Below are positions 11,646 to 49,899 of a DNA stretch of 64,000 nt, piece after piece. How positions within the stretch are numbered: the first letter of the stretch is position 1; each line of letters starts with the position of its first letter. Source of the DNA: Salpingoeca rosetta (Eukaryota > Protista > Choanoflagellata). The stretch is taken from the NCBI GenBank assembly GCA_033442325.1, contig JAWQFM010000005.1:794165-858164 (forward strand), in the 5' to 3' direction. The translations under genes and the position numbers were made by a program. The notes beneath the pieces are model-generated. The model saw only the letters and a program-made list of their open reading frames with translations, searched no databases and was not told the origin of the DNA.

Positions 11646-11665
11646 CAGACTCACTTCGAAGCCAT
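5687..11665 (-). CDS. Roco-family fusion: Rab1-like GTPase - Roc - COR - TIR - SAM - CaaX (10 exons, ~1337 aa)
   Basis: Exons 11655-11665, 11315-11387, 11041-11088, 10819-10866, 10566-10661, 10120-10358, 9667-9994, 8923-9326, 7042-8661, 5687-6833; all GT-AG, phases match, total 4014 nt. Rab: GDTQVGKS, TIGVDF, RLQIWDSGGQERFRS, ETSAK. Roc: GQGRAGKT, STQG, FDLGGQ, HPFFLT. COR: FFHLYSMVLYY, ILSPQW, FLVPAILP. TIR: YDVFISYR..VFLD..DNVLLEW. SAM: LEQWLAELDVLEDVYDAFAQLGI. Ends CMLI. Confidence 0.85.
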
Positions 11666-12053
11666 GGCTGGTGGTGTGGCTGGCGTGTCGTGTGGTCGTG
11701 TGGGCTAGCTGGCTTGCAGGGGCGTGCGTGGCTGGTGGGTGTGTTCTGTGAAGTGCGCCACTTGTTGCTGGTCGTGTGTTTCGATCGATCTTGGCTTGGC
11801 TTCTTGATTGTTGTTGCGAAGGAGCGGAGCGAAAATCGTGCACAGCTTTGCGTTTCTTTCCTTCAGCGTTTCGTTGGCAGTGAACAGTGCTGACTGGACG
11901 CGAAGTCATGTGTGAGGTGTGATTTGGAGCGGAGAGGCTCGTGTATTGGTAAATGCATCAAGCAAGCAAGCACGCACCGCCAACTCAAACTACAGGCACA
12001 CACACACACACAGAGACAGAGACAGAGAGACACAGACACACACACACACGCAG

Positions 12054-12084
<31 letters not shown>

Positions 12085-12118
12085 GACAGAGAGACAGACA
12101 CACACAGACACAGAACAA

Positions 12119-14110
<1,992 letters not shown>

Positions 14111-14184
14111 TCGCGGATGTAGAGAAGTGATGAATGATTTCGTGTATTTTTCAGCACTCGACTTCCGCTGCAACAACCCACAAG

Positions 14185-14210
14185 ATGGCTGTGCGTCTGC
14201 ACGCATGCAG

Positions 14211-14303
<93 letters not shown>

Positions 14304-15313
14304 TATCTGTGCCTGCTCCTTGTGCTTGTACCCTGTGCGCATCTGGTTCTCTCCGCTTGACTCACCCACCAGCAACGATACCTTGCCTGCAACGCCACAC
14401 ATCCAGAGCCTGCTTCTTCGTCACGCTGCACGCGCTGCATTCAACGTTGCGCGGTATGTGTGTGTGTGCGTTTGTGTGTTAGTAGTGGTGTGCTTTTGTG
14501 TCTGCAATGTTGCTTAGATTCCTCACTCACGTAACCCTCTCTTTCTCTCGTGCTTGTGGTGCTGCTGTAGGCCCCGCATGGTGACCGCGCCGTTTGTGCG
14601 GTGTTACGCACTGGCACCTGAGGTGAAGCAACGCATTGATGACATGGTGCAGAACAACAAGCTCTTTGTGTTTATGAAGGGTACACCAGAGGCGCCCATG
14701 TGCGGCTTCAGCCGCGCCGTCGTTCAAGTGTTGGAGCTGCATGGTACGCAACTTGGCTCGCTGTGTGTGTGCGCGCGCATGTGTGTGTGTGTGCGTGTGA
14801 GCGTGTCTTTGGCTGTGCGTGTGTGGTTTTGTATCTACTTGTCTATCTCTCGGCGTATCTACCTCGGCTGCCTTCCTTTCTATCTTTCTGTCTGCCGGTC
14901 TTGCTTTCGTGAACCATGATCTTGCAGTGCGAACTGACGTGAGGCGCTTGTGCTTGCTTGCTGGCCGACTGTGGAAACAGGCATGGACCCCTTGGACCTT
15001 CAGACAGCCAACGTGCTGGAAGATGACAGCATTCGCAACGGCATCAAGGAGTACTCGTACGTTCTTGTGCCACTCGTACATGCGTCTGGTGCCTGCTGGC
15101 CAGGCTTTGCGCAATTCCGCTCATGACTGCTCTTTGACCTTCGTCTTGTGCCATCTCACATGTATTTGCGTGCGCGCACACACGTGCAAATGTGCCTGCA
15201 GGGACTGGCCCACCATCCCCCAAGTGTATGTGAATGGCGAGTTTGTTGGCGGCTGCGACCTCATGATCCAGATGCACCAGTCAGGTGTGTTCATGTGTGT
15301 GTGTGTGTGTGCT

Positions 15314-15353
<40 letters not shown>

Positions 15354-15622
15354 ACCTTTGTGTCTCGATCTTCCGCTCTTCCCAGCTGCCTGTCCATCCA
15401 CCTGTCTGTGTTACATACTTTTGGCCACCGCCAGCACCTCTTACCCCGCTCACCTCATCCGCTCCCTTCACCTCCTCCTCTTACCTCCTGCGCTCGCCCC
15501 TTGTGCTGTGCTGTGGCTGTACAGGCGAGCTGGTTGACCTGCTGAAGGGCATCGGACACACGTCCCCATACGCAGATGTACAGGGGGACGGCGGCAGCAG
15601 CACAGACGGCAACAAGGCATAG
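14185..15622 (+). CDS. GLRX5: Mitochondrial monothiol glutaredoxin 5
   Basis: Exons 14185-14190, 14407-14453, 14571-14743, 14981-15056, 15202-15284, 15525-15622. Presequence [21 protein letters not shown]; motifs [42 protein letters not shown]. Confidence 0.93.
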
Positions 15623-16154
15623 GCACCACGTGTGCTGTCATCACTGTTGCATCCTCCCTTACAGACTCCCACAACCTCTACTCTTGTTCGTGCTCAGGTC
15701 TTGCACGTGTGTTTGTGAGTGCCAACAGCACGCGCGCACGTGCGTATGTTTGGTGTAGTGTATCCTAAGCTGGTGTCAGCGCTCATACACAATCCTTCTC
15801 TTCCAGACAAATCAGAGAGCATAACTGCCCCACACACGTTCACTTCTGGGAGGGGTGGCCATGATGATGATGATGATGATGATGATGACGGGGGGGGGAG
15901 GCGGTGGTGGTGTGGTGGTGCGCTATTTTCATTGTTCACAACGACGACAACATCACAGAGATCACAGGAACAGCTAGCAATGGAACACAAGACAGACGGC
16001 AAAGAGGGAAGGGGGGCAGAAGTGTGGTTGTACGTGTTTCGATGCGACTGTAGAGTGGTGGTGGTGGTGGTGGGGGGGGGGGGTGCTGGCGTGTGCACGG
16101 GTGCTGGGTTCTGACGTGTGATGATGGTTGCGACCTCTCGCCTGGCTGCTTTGG

Positions 16155-19863
<3,709 letters not shown>

Positions 19864-19954
19864 CTTTGCTGTCGTGCTGTTGTCGAAGTGGCACAACGAG
19901 GAGAAAATTGTACAAAACATCAATCAATTTTCACAACTGAAAGCAAGAGAGGAT

Positions 19955-20624
19955 ATGGAGCGACGAGAACAAGAACAACAAGATGAGGATGGTGGGCACG
20001 AGGAAGTGACGTTCGTGGCGCGTGTTCCGAATGGAGATGAGGCAGATACGACAAGTAGCGATGACGACGGGGATGAGGGGGACCTGGGCGCTTGGGATAC
20101 CGGTGTTGAGGACGGGCGCGACGATGAAGGCGTGGCATCCACTGCAGGCTACATCCCACTGATGCTGGACAGTGACGAAGGCACCGCCAACGACGACGAT
20201 GGGGAAAGCGGCGATGACAGCGACGACGATGCTGATGCTGATGTCGATGGTTCTAGTGATGGTGTCGATGACGACGCTGATGCTGATGGTGACGACGATG
20301 CTGATGGTAATGGTGGTGGTGGTGGTGGTGGTGAGGAGGAGGAGGCGGTGGTAGTGGAAGATGTCAATGGAGAAACCAGTGGCAGACATGAGGAAGAGGG
20401 ATCAGAAGGGGTGGTGGAACCTCGGCAATTTACAGCAACCATGGCTGTCGCCATGCAGATTCGTGCGCAGGGCACCATTCACGTGGAACCTGTTGAACCT
20501 CAACACGCCAGAGCAGACGATTTCGCCCTCTCAGAAGAACACATTCACACCATCAAGGCTTGCATGGCATCCTTCTCACTCCCCTGCCCGCCCGACTTCA
20601 AGTACGCACACGCGTGCGTGTGTG

Positions 20625-20664
<40 letters not shown>

Positions 20665-21011
20665 GTGTGTGTGTGTGTGCGTGTGTCGACGTATTTTATC
20701 CGTTACTCCGTGTACGTGCGGTCTGTGCCCATGCCTATGCCTTTGTACCATTGTTGGACTGGCGATAGCGGCCTCCCCGCTGCACACAAACACACAAACA
20801 CACACACACACACACACACACACCATGCAATGGCAACTCACACCATGCTACTATGCGTGTCGTTTGGAATAGCATGACGGAAGTGGACACAACAATCCAG
20901 CGCGTGCTGCAGCGGACACAGCACCAGCAGGAACAGCACTCGGCAGGCACAGGCGCACATCAAACGCACCAACAACAACAACAGGATCAGCAGCAGCCAC
21001 AACGAGAATAG
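19955..21011 (+). CDS. Highly acidic protein, MEA1 (male-enhanced antigen 1)-like (exons 19955-20601, 20873-21011)
   Basis: D/E-rich body followed by LSEEHIHTIKACMASFSLPCPP, which resembles the MEA1 C-terminal motif (recalled, not searched). Confidence 0.55.
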
Positions 21012-21330
21012 CGGCGAAACCAAAACGAGTGAGAACAACAGCAACAAGCTCAACAAGCAAATGAAGATGAACATGTGCCAGTGAAAGATGGGCAATAACA
21101 GAAATCGATGTAACAGAGTAACCAGACACAACCAACACCAGCATATCGCGCCACAATTTCAACAACAGCAGTAGCAGTCACAATTGCAAGAACAGCAATA
21201 GCAGTCAGCATTGGTTGGCGAGCATGTGTGCGCTATTGGCTGGGACCTCCCAATTACGGCAGTGGTGTGCTTGCTCAGTGATATGACACCATCCGTCCGC
21301 TCCCCCCCCCCACACACATTGCGTGTCCCT

Positions 21331-29421
<8,091 letters not shown>

Positions 29422-29571
29422 CTGTCGCCTGCTTGCTTGTTTGCTTGTTGCTGCTTGGCAGTTTGTTTCGCAGCGCAGTGCGTAGCTGTTTGTGTTTGGG
29501 GTTGCGCTTCTTGTTTGCTTCGCGACCCTCGCGAGTTGCGTAGATTTATTGGAAGATACGGCCATAATTCA

Positions 29572-41905
<12,334 letters not shown>

Positions 41906-41962
41906 TGCAATCACTGTATGGACTGCCGTGTGCGTGTGTGTGTGTGTGTGTGTGTGCGGTGC

Positions 41963-41998
<36 letters not shown>

Positions 41999-42449
41999 NN
42001 NNNNNNNNNNNNNNNNNNNNNNNNNNNNNNNNNNNNNNNNNNNNNNNNNNNNNNNNNNNNNNNNNNNNNNNNNNNNNNNNNNNNNNNNNNNNNNNNNNNN
42101 NNNNNNNNNNNNNNNNNNNNNNNNNNNNNNNNNNNNNNNNNNNNNNNNNNNNNNNNNNNNNNNNNNNNNNNNNNNNNNNNNNNNNNNNNNNNNNNNNNNN
42201 NNNNNNNNNNNNNNNNNNNNNNNNNNNNNNNNNNNNNNNNNNNNNNNNNNNNNNNNNNNNNNNNNNNNNNNNNNNNNNNNNNNNNNNNNNNNNNNNNNNN
42301 NNNNNNNNNNNNNNNNNNNNNNNNNNNNNNNNNNNNNNNNNNNNNNNNNNNNNNNNNNNNNNNNNNNNNNNNNNNNNNNNNNNNNNNNNNNNNNNNNNNN
42401 NNNNNNNNNNNNNNNNNNNNNNNNNNNNNNNNNNNNNNNNNNNNNNNNN
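41999..42449. other. Assembly gap (N run)
   Basis: 451 Ns directly after a GT microsatellite. Confidence 0.99.
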
Positions 42450-43034
42450 GTGCTCATCATCGACCCCACTGCCAACACCACGGACACCACAACCATCACC
42501 GGCTTCAGTGGCAACTTCAAGTGGTTTGGCGGTGTGCTGGCACCCAACGGCCTAATCTACGGCATTCCTTCCCACCACTCGTCCGTTCTCATCATCGATC
42601 CAACCGACAACTCGGCCGACATTACCACCATGTCTGGGCTGGGCGCTCTGCCATACAAATGGAATGGCGCAGCGCTGGCCAACAACGGCATGATCTATGC
42701 GTCCCCACGCGACTCAGACCGCGTGCTTATCATCGACCCCAGCACCAACACCGCCGACAACACCACGATTGCCGGCAGCAGTGCGTTGCGCGAGTCCAGC
42801 AACAAGTGGTTTTGCAACGTCGTCCTGGGAGACAACCGTGTGCTCGCCGTTCCGCTGCAAGGCACGGCGGCACTGGTCATTGATCCCGCCACCAACGTCG
42901 TCGACACAATCACCATCGCCGCCATCCCGCCCGGCACGCTCAACTGGGGTGGCTGTGTCCTGGGTGATGATGGCGCAGTCTACGCTGTGCCATCGCACTC
43001 GTCCTCCGTCCTGGTCATCGGCACACACTGCTGA
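42450..43034 (+). CDS. 3' part of a beta-propeller-like repeat protein (5' end lost in the gap)
   Basis: About four ~45-aa repeats VLIIDPxTNTxDxTTI...KWxGxVLAxNGxIYxxP. Confidence 0.75.
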   Translation: MLIIDPTANTTDTTTITGFSGNFKWFGGVLAPNGLIYGIPSHHSSVLIIDPTDNSADITTMSGLGALPYKWNGAALANNGMIYASPRDSDRVLIIDPSTNTADNTTIAGSSALRESSNKWFCNVVLGDNRVLAVPLQGTAALVIDPATNVVDTITIAAIPPGTLNWGGCVLGDDGAVYAVPSHSSSVLVIGTHC

Positions 43035-43039
43035 AGCAG

Positions 43040-43126
<87 letters not shown>

Positions 43127-43399
43127 TTTGTATGTGTGTGTGTGTGTGTTTGAGCTAGCTGACAGTGTGTTGCCCCAGTGTTCTCTTGACCCCATGGCTC
43201 TCTCCCGTCTTCGTCACTCTTCTCCTCTCATTGGCGATCAAGATCCCTCACAACAAACGGTTCCTTTACACAGCACACCTTGCTGGGTGTTTACTGCTTC
43301 GATAATGTGTTCGCTCGTCGCCCCGTTACCTCATTACACCCGCCCCTTCTTGTCCCTTGCCCAAACCATGGATGTAGAAGCACTGCACTGCGTGTTGGG

Positions 43400-45960
43400 T
43401 CAGTTGCGGTTGCGCCGGGTCTTGTCGATAACAAACGCAACCACGTCGTCTGCCTCGCGGTTACCCGTGTACTCCACATCCTCCTGTCGTGTCTCCCCGA
43501 GCAACCTGGATCATGTGCCCCATAAAGCATTTCACAACAAAGAAACGTGTTATGTCAACACTGAAGTGCTCCCCTTGCTGTCAAATGCACACACACACAC
43601 ACGTACACACACACACACACACGCACACACACACGTACACACGTACACACACGTACACACACACACACGCAATGTTGCTGTGCGGACCTGAGAGTTGGGT
43701 ATCCTGTGACGCCCTGGTCCTTGCAAAGCTCCTCTTGTTGTGTGCAGTCCACAGCAACAACCGGCGAATTCAAGCGCCCCTTTGCCTGTTGGTCGTCGTC
43801 ATTGAGAGTAATGCGCGTAAGTGTGTTGTGTTGTGTGAGGGTGTGTGTGCGTGTGTTGTGTATGATAGGAGCTCAAATTGCTTTCCATGACTCCTCAACC
43901 TCCTCCAGCACACACACACACAATACACAACGCTACACAACGCTACACACGCTACACAAGCTACACTCACGACACACTCACTACACACACACACACACAC
44001 ACAATACACAACGCTACACACGCTACACACATTTCAGATTCACACATTTCAGCCACCTTAATGTAATCGGTGTGCATGGCACGGCAATGGTTGCACCACG
44101 GTGCATAGAACATCACCATTGTGCCGCTCTTTTCCCTTCGCAGCCGCGCCAGCCTCTCTCCTCCAACATGCTCCACCTTCTCGCGAAACTGGCTGTCACC
44201 GCCATCATCGCCGCCACTGCGAGACTCGCTACCCCGCCCCTTGCTGCTGCCGCTGTGCTGCTGCTGCTGTTGTTGTTGTTGCTGCTGCTGTGCAATCTGC
44301 TGCTCGAGGTGCTGCACCATTTGGTGGCAGCGCGTGCGATCCGTGCGCACATGCAAACACGCCTGTAAAGGGAGGAAGGGGCGGGCAGAGGGATGCACAC
44401 CGTGAGATTGTGCATGTTGCGTGTTGGACGTGGTGGGTTGTGGTGGTCGAGGAGGTTGGATTGGTGGTGGTAGCTGCGGCAGGGCGCGTGTGTTTAGCAG
44501 ATGAAGGCTGTGCTCATTCACTCGGCCAAATGCACCGGCCACATGCAGGGTGAACGTCAAACATCAACCAAAATGAAAGAAATAAAGAGCAGGCCGACAT
44601 CACACCTCCTTCCCCTTCACCCAAGCCCCAGCCCTAGTTTTGAAAAGACACGACCTTGAATTGCTCGAGGGCGGCGTTGAGATTGCCTTTGCGCATGTAC
44701 GCATATCCGAGGTTGCGGTGGATGACGCCGACATCGGTCGAGTAGATTGGATGCTTGTAGTGCATCGCCAGCCCGCTCCTGTACGTCTGCAATCGCACGC
44801 AGGTGCAAGGAAATGGGCGCGTACATTGCGTACGTGTACAATGCATTGGTCACCTCAGTGCTGTAACGTGGCGAGCACGTGTGGTGCAGGTGAGCGACTA
44901 ACAATACAGCGACAGTGCAACCACGCATTCACCTCAATGGCTTCATCAATCCGCCCAGCCTTTGCCAAATTGACCCCTGCGATGTGTGTGCGTGTGTATG
45001 TGTGTGTGCACGTGCGCGCGCGTGTGTGTCCATGAATGAGTTGAGGAAATTGCCAAACATGGTATTGATGATGGCGCCAAAGGCATGCTGCGTTCACCCT
45101 GCATTGCCAACACACACGCGCACATACAGCACACCGAGATTGATGTATGCGGAGACGTAAGGCGGATAGAGTCGGATTGCTTCACGGAAATGGTGTTCTT
45201 GTTCCTGTTGGCCATGAAGCGAGTACACGGTCACAACAGCACGGCAACGTGGACAAGGCATGAAAAGGCGAGCAAAGGGACATGTTGTTGCATATGGTTT
45301 GTGGTAAGAACACGTGATACGCGTACACGCACACGAGTGTCAACATCATCGCAAACAAACCAAACCAAACCAAACCAAACCAAAACACAACACAACACAA
45401 CACAACACAAATCAAAACAACACAAATCAAAACAACACAACACAACAAAACACAACACAAACAACACAAGCAACTACGGTGCGCGTGCGCATTCTCACCT
45501 CGCCAGACATGTAGTATGCGGCGTTGTGATGCAACTTTGCGTTTGTTGGCGCAGCAATCAAACCCGATCGGTACAACGACAGTTCATCTTTCCAATCCTA
45601 CAACGTTCATACGCGTGTGAGGTGTGAGGGGGGAGGGGCACGCGTGAGTCACGAGCACGAGCAGTTTACATGAGCACATACGTGGAACCACAGGCACATG
45701 CGCGCACGCACGTGCGCATGCACGGACCAACCTCGTTGCGGGTGTGTGTGCGGAATGAATACGCAGCAACAACGAGGGCGAGAAGCGCCGCAGCGTATGA
45801 GCGCCAATGGAGCGGTCGGTTGCCTGCAAGCACTCGTGCTCCAATGATGAGCAGCAGGCAGAAGCCAATGCTGGTGGGTGGGTTCATCACACCAGCAAGG
45901 GGACACGTGAGCATCGTACTTGACGGCATGATTTCGTGATGCAGCACGCAGCAACGCACA

Positions 45961-46013
<53 letters not shown>

Positions 46014-46634
46014 CACACACACACGGGCTTCGTAGGCCTACATTGAAAAGGCAGTCAGGTCTCAATGCAGCCGAAAAAAATGCTAAAAGGTTGCTGAGTC
46101 AAGGATGATGAGACCCCCCAACTGGTAGCTTCTGTTCCTATTTTAAACGGCGTCACAATCTTGGCCCGGAGCTCATGCAATGGGTGTTGGACCGTGTAAC
46201 ATGTAGGGTGGGAAATGTGAGGCTAAGTAGAACGTGCCAAATTATTAGTGGCCAACAGCCCCCGACACGCCGAATTATCTCAAGAAAATCCAGTGGATTG
46301 ACCACATCTCAACATCCTCAATAGGGCGCAACCCCTCCAAGCCTCAAGTCGTAGCGCGAGTCAAGCTAGAAACCTGCTCACTTCGCATTACGCCTATGAC
46401 GAGTGCGTCTAGGTTAATTAACGCGCCCACTGGCGAGATTTTCCTCGTACTAGGGCTTGTCCGTGATCAGATGGACTGATAAAGGGTCCGCGTTCGTATT
46501 TTGCCGGACGACGATAGTGTCTGAGTGCACATCGAGAGTCATGTTGTCCCAGAGGGGCTGGTCTCCGGTCTTAGGTAGACTATATCGCGGTCCAATCGCA
46601 TAACACACACACACTACTACACACACTACTACTA

Positions 46635-46701
<67 letters not shown>

Positions 46702-47164
46702 CACACACACACACACCTGCGTGCGCGAAGGGCAGCGAGGATGACTGCGGCCAACGCGAGGTAGAACAGGAGGATGTAAACAATACGGGGATCCGATGCA
46801 GATGTAACACTCGGAACGGCGCCGGCCGACCAGTCGCAGCAGAGCCAGAGCGGGAAGATGAGCAGCCAGGCGTGCAGCGTGACATAGAGGTTTTTGGTGA
46901 GAGAGCGGAACACAAAGCTCTCCATGTGGTTGGCAGGATTGGTCTTCTCATCCACCTGTCGTTGTGTGACAACGCGTGCAAGTCGACAAGCCACAGAGAC
47001 GATGCGTGAGGTGTGTTGTACGTGTTTGGAACGCGCTGGGTTCAAACAAAACAGACCTGCCAACGTCAAACTTGCCACCGGGTAATAACCCACAGAGCAT
47101 GAATAGACAGCACGCACACTTTGACACAAATATTGGCATCCACAACACAACCACCACAGCTGCT

Positions 47165-47200
<36 letters not shown>

Positions 47201-48275
47201 ACACACAGCTCCACAGCTCCACAGACACACACACTCTCTCTCATCATCACACACACGCGCACACACACCGAGCGCGACAGCCCACCTTGATGTGGACTTT
47301 GTTGAGAGAGACGCGGTATTTCATGACGATAGCGGAGAGGACGAGCAGAAGCAGCAGGCGCACAACGGCACCGGTGGACACTGTAATCCATGGACTGCTC
47401 CTGTCCTTCTTCTGCTGCTGCGAAGGGCCACTGACGGCCACTTTTGGGCGCCGACCTCCGCCCGGACGTTTTGTCCCCTTTGCAGACTAGGGAAGACCGG
47501 GCATGCCATGTCACACGTGACACAAATGAGCCGTGATGTCAGGGATTGCAAGAGCACAGGAAGACAGCACAGGAAGAAAGCACAGGAAGAAGCGGCTGAG
47601 CATACAACACGATAGGTGATGCGAATGACTGCAGCAAATACACAACACCTGGAGCGTAGTCCTCACCCGAGCACGGAGCAGGAGGGCGATGGGATTGAGG
47701 TTGCAGTTGACCAAGAGCTCATATGCGAGGCAGACACCAACCACAGTGACACCTGACAGCACATGAGAATGGGGAGGGGAAATGGGAAGGTGATGGATCG
47801 CGTCGTGAGGTGGATGCAGGGTGCATTCAATAAATTGCACAGGCAGCCCAATGTTCACATGGCAATCGACAAGGTGGGCTGGCACAGTGAAAGAGAAGTT
47901 ATTCACACACATACACACACATGTGCGCACCTTGTTCCTTTGAGAGCATGGCAGCTGTTGCGAGGGCGACGGAGATGGCAACCCATGTTGCCGCTGCCTT
48001 GATGTCACCAACATACTTGCTTGCTCTGGTCAAATGAATGTGGAGCAACAGGCGTATGCGCGTAAGTGTGAGCGTAGATGAACTGTGACATACAGCCGTG
48101 ACAGGTGGGCTGGTGTCGGCAGGAATTGTCGCGGGTCAAGTACCTGGTGTAAGCGAGAAACGAAGCGATGAAGAAGATGGCAGAGAGCAGCTCAGCCCGG
48201 CCAACAAGACCGGTCACCGCCTGTGGTGTTGAGGTGTGTGTGTGTGCGTGTGTGTGTGCGCGTGTGTGTGCGTGC

Positions 48276-48363
<88 letters not shown>

Positions 48364-48421
48364 GTGTGGGCGTTTGTGTGCGTTTGTGTGTGTGTGTGTG
48401 CGTGTGTGTGGGCGTTTGTGT

Positions 48422-48518
<97 letters not shown>

Positions 48519-49799
48519 GCTGTGCTGTGCGATGCAATTATGTCACGTTAGCCTGGACGAACCTCGGTGTGAATGGGGTGGGCTGCAAAGAGACTGCCGA
48601 CGAGCACAAGCTCGGGTGTTGTCGGTGCGTCAATCACAAGAGGTGTCATGACCACCACCAAGCAGCTGCAAGATCACATGTGTGTATGTGTGTGTGTGTG
48701 TGCACGTGTGTATGTGAGAGAGAGAGAGTGTGTGTGTGTGTGTGAGAGTGAGAGTGAGAGAGGGTTGTTTGCGGGGTGTGGTGTGGCATGCGGAGTGGTG
48801 TCTGCTCGTCACAGAAGTGCAACATGCACACACACGCATGCACACACACACACATGCACATGCTTCAATTTGGAACCTGACCTGGCAATGGTGTGCATGG
48901 CCACGTTGGTGATGTGAAAACCAGTTTCGTTCATGCCGTGGATGTCTGGCATTCATGGTGACATGAGATGTGAGTTTCGACATGGGCTGTGCTGCACACA
49001 GGGAAGGCTGAGCTTGAGGTGCAGCTGGCGGTGTAGATGCTTACCGTGTCCCCAGCGGAAGGTGAGGGTGGTCAACGGCCGATAGGACTGCAGCAGTGAC
49101 ACACGGTTGTGAACACACAACACACAATCAGTGATAGTGCACAAGGAAGAACAAGGCGGATCAGCGGAGGGTTCAAACGCAGGGGAATGGCAGGAGTAAC
49201 GACAAATCACAGACAGAGAGACGTGCACACCTCGTGTTGGGCGTCGTGCGCGTCCATCCTCTCGCCCCAAAAGTTGTCGTTAAACACATCCAGCACTGAT
49301 GTCTTGGAAGAGTCCACATCAGCATTCTGCAGAAGAGAAACGCACACACACACAGGTCACCAGTGCACTCGTTTGTCATTGGCAGAGGAGAACAAGCTCG
49401 AAAGCTGAGAAGATCCAAACTTCAACGCCTTTGCTTCAACGTCTTTGTGTCAACGTCTTTGTGTCAACGCCTTTGTGTCAACGCCCTGTGCGCCAAAAGC
49501 TTCGCTTCAGACACACATGCACATGCACACACATGCACACACATGCACGCACACACAGAGAAGCGTGCTGCAAGTACCTGCTGGATGGCTGGGAGGTCGT
49601 CAAACACGAATTTGCCATGGTAGCTGTTTGAGTACGCGACCGCCGTCACCACAAGCGTGCAAGCGAATGCCAGCAGCAATGAGGACGTGCTTGTTGGAGC
49701 CGCCATGCTCGAGGACGACGCCCGTGGTGGTTGATGTTGATGGTGTGCTTTGCCAGCATCATCGCCGCCGCTAGCAGCCGCTGTCCTCCCACCAGCCAT
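43400..49799 (-). CDS. TMTC: TMTC-family protein O-mannosyltransferase with TPRs and a fused C-terminal thioredoxin (PDI-like) domain; one conserved exon not found
   Basis: [71 protein letters not shown], TPRs; then [32 protein letters not shown]. Stop at 43400. Confidence 0.85.
46026..46602. other. Compositionally atypical ORF-poor segment inside the TMTC gene
   Basis: No CA/GT repeats, frequent TA/CTAG/TTAA words, no self-contained ORF >=60 aa in the track, and no terminal repeats seen. Confidence 0.7.
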
Positions 49800-49899
49800 G
49801 TTCTTGTTGTAAAACAGCATGTAAAGTAGTTGACCCTGAAATCAGGGGGCCATTCCCGCCACTGCCACTGCGCACGTCTCAACAACAGCAGCGGCGACG

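Noticed and set aside
10011-11665. Stand-alone Rab1 gene
   Set aside because: No CC/CXC terminus at a stop; a canonical intron joins it in frame to the Roc exon.
46410-46428. TTAATTAA plus CGCGCC resembling a PacI/AscI vector polylinker
   Set aside because: The AscI site is incomplete and no other vector sequence is recognisable.
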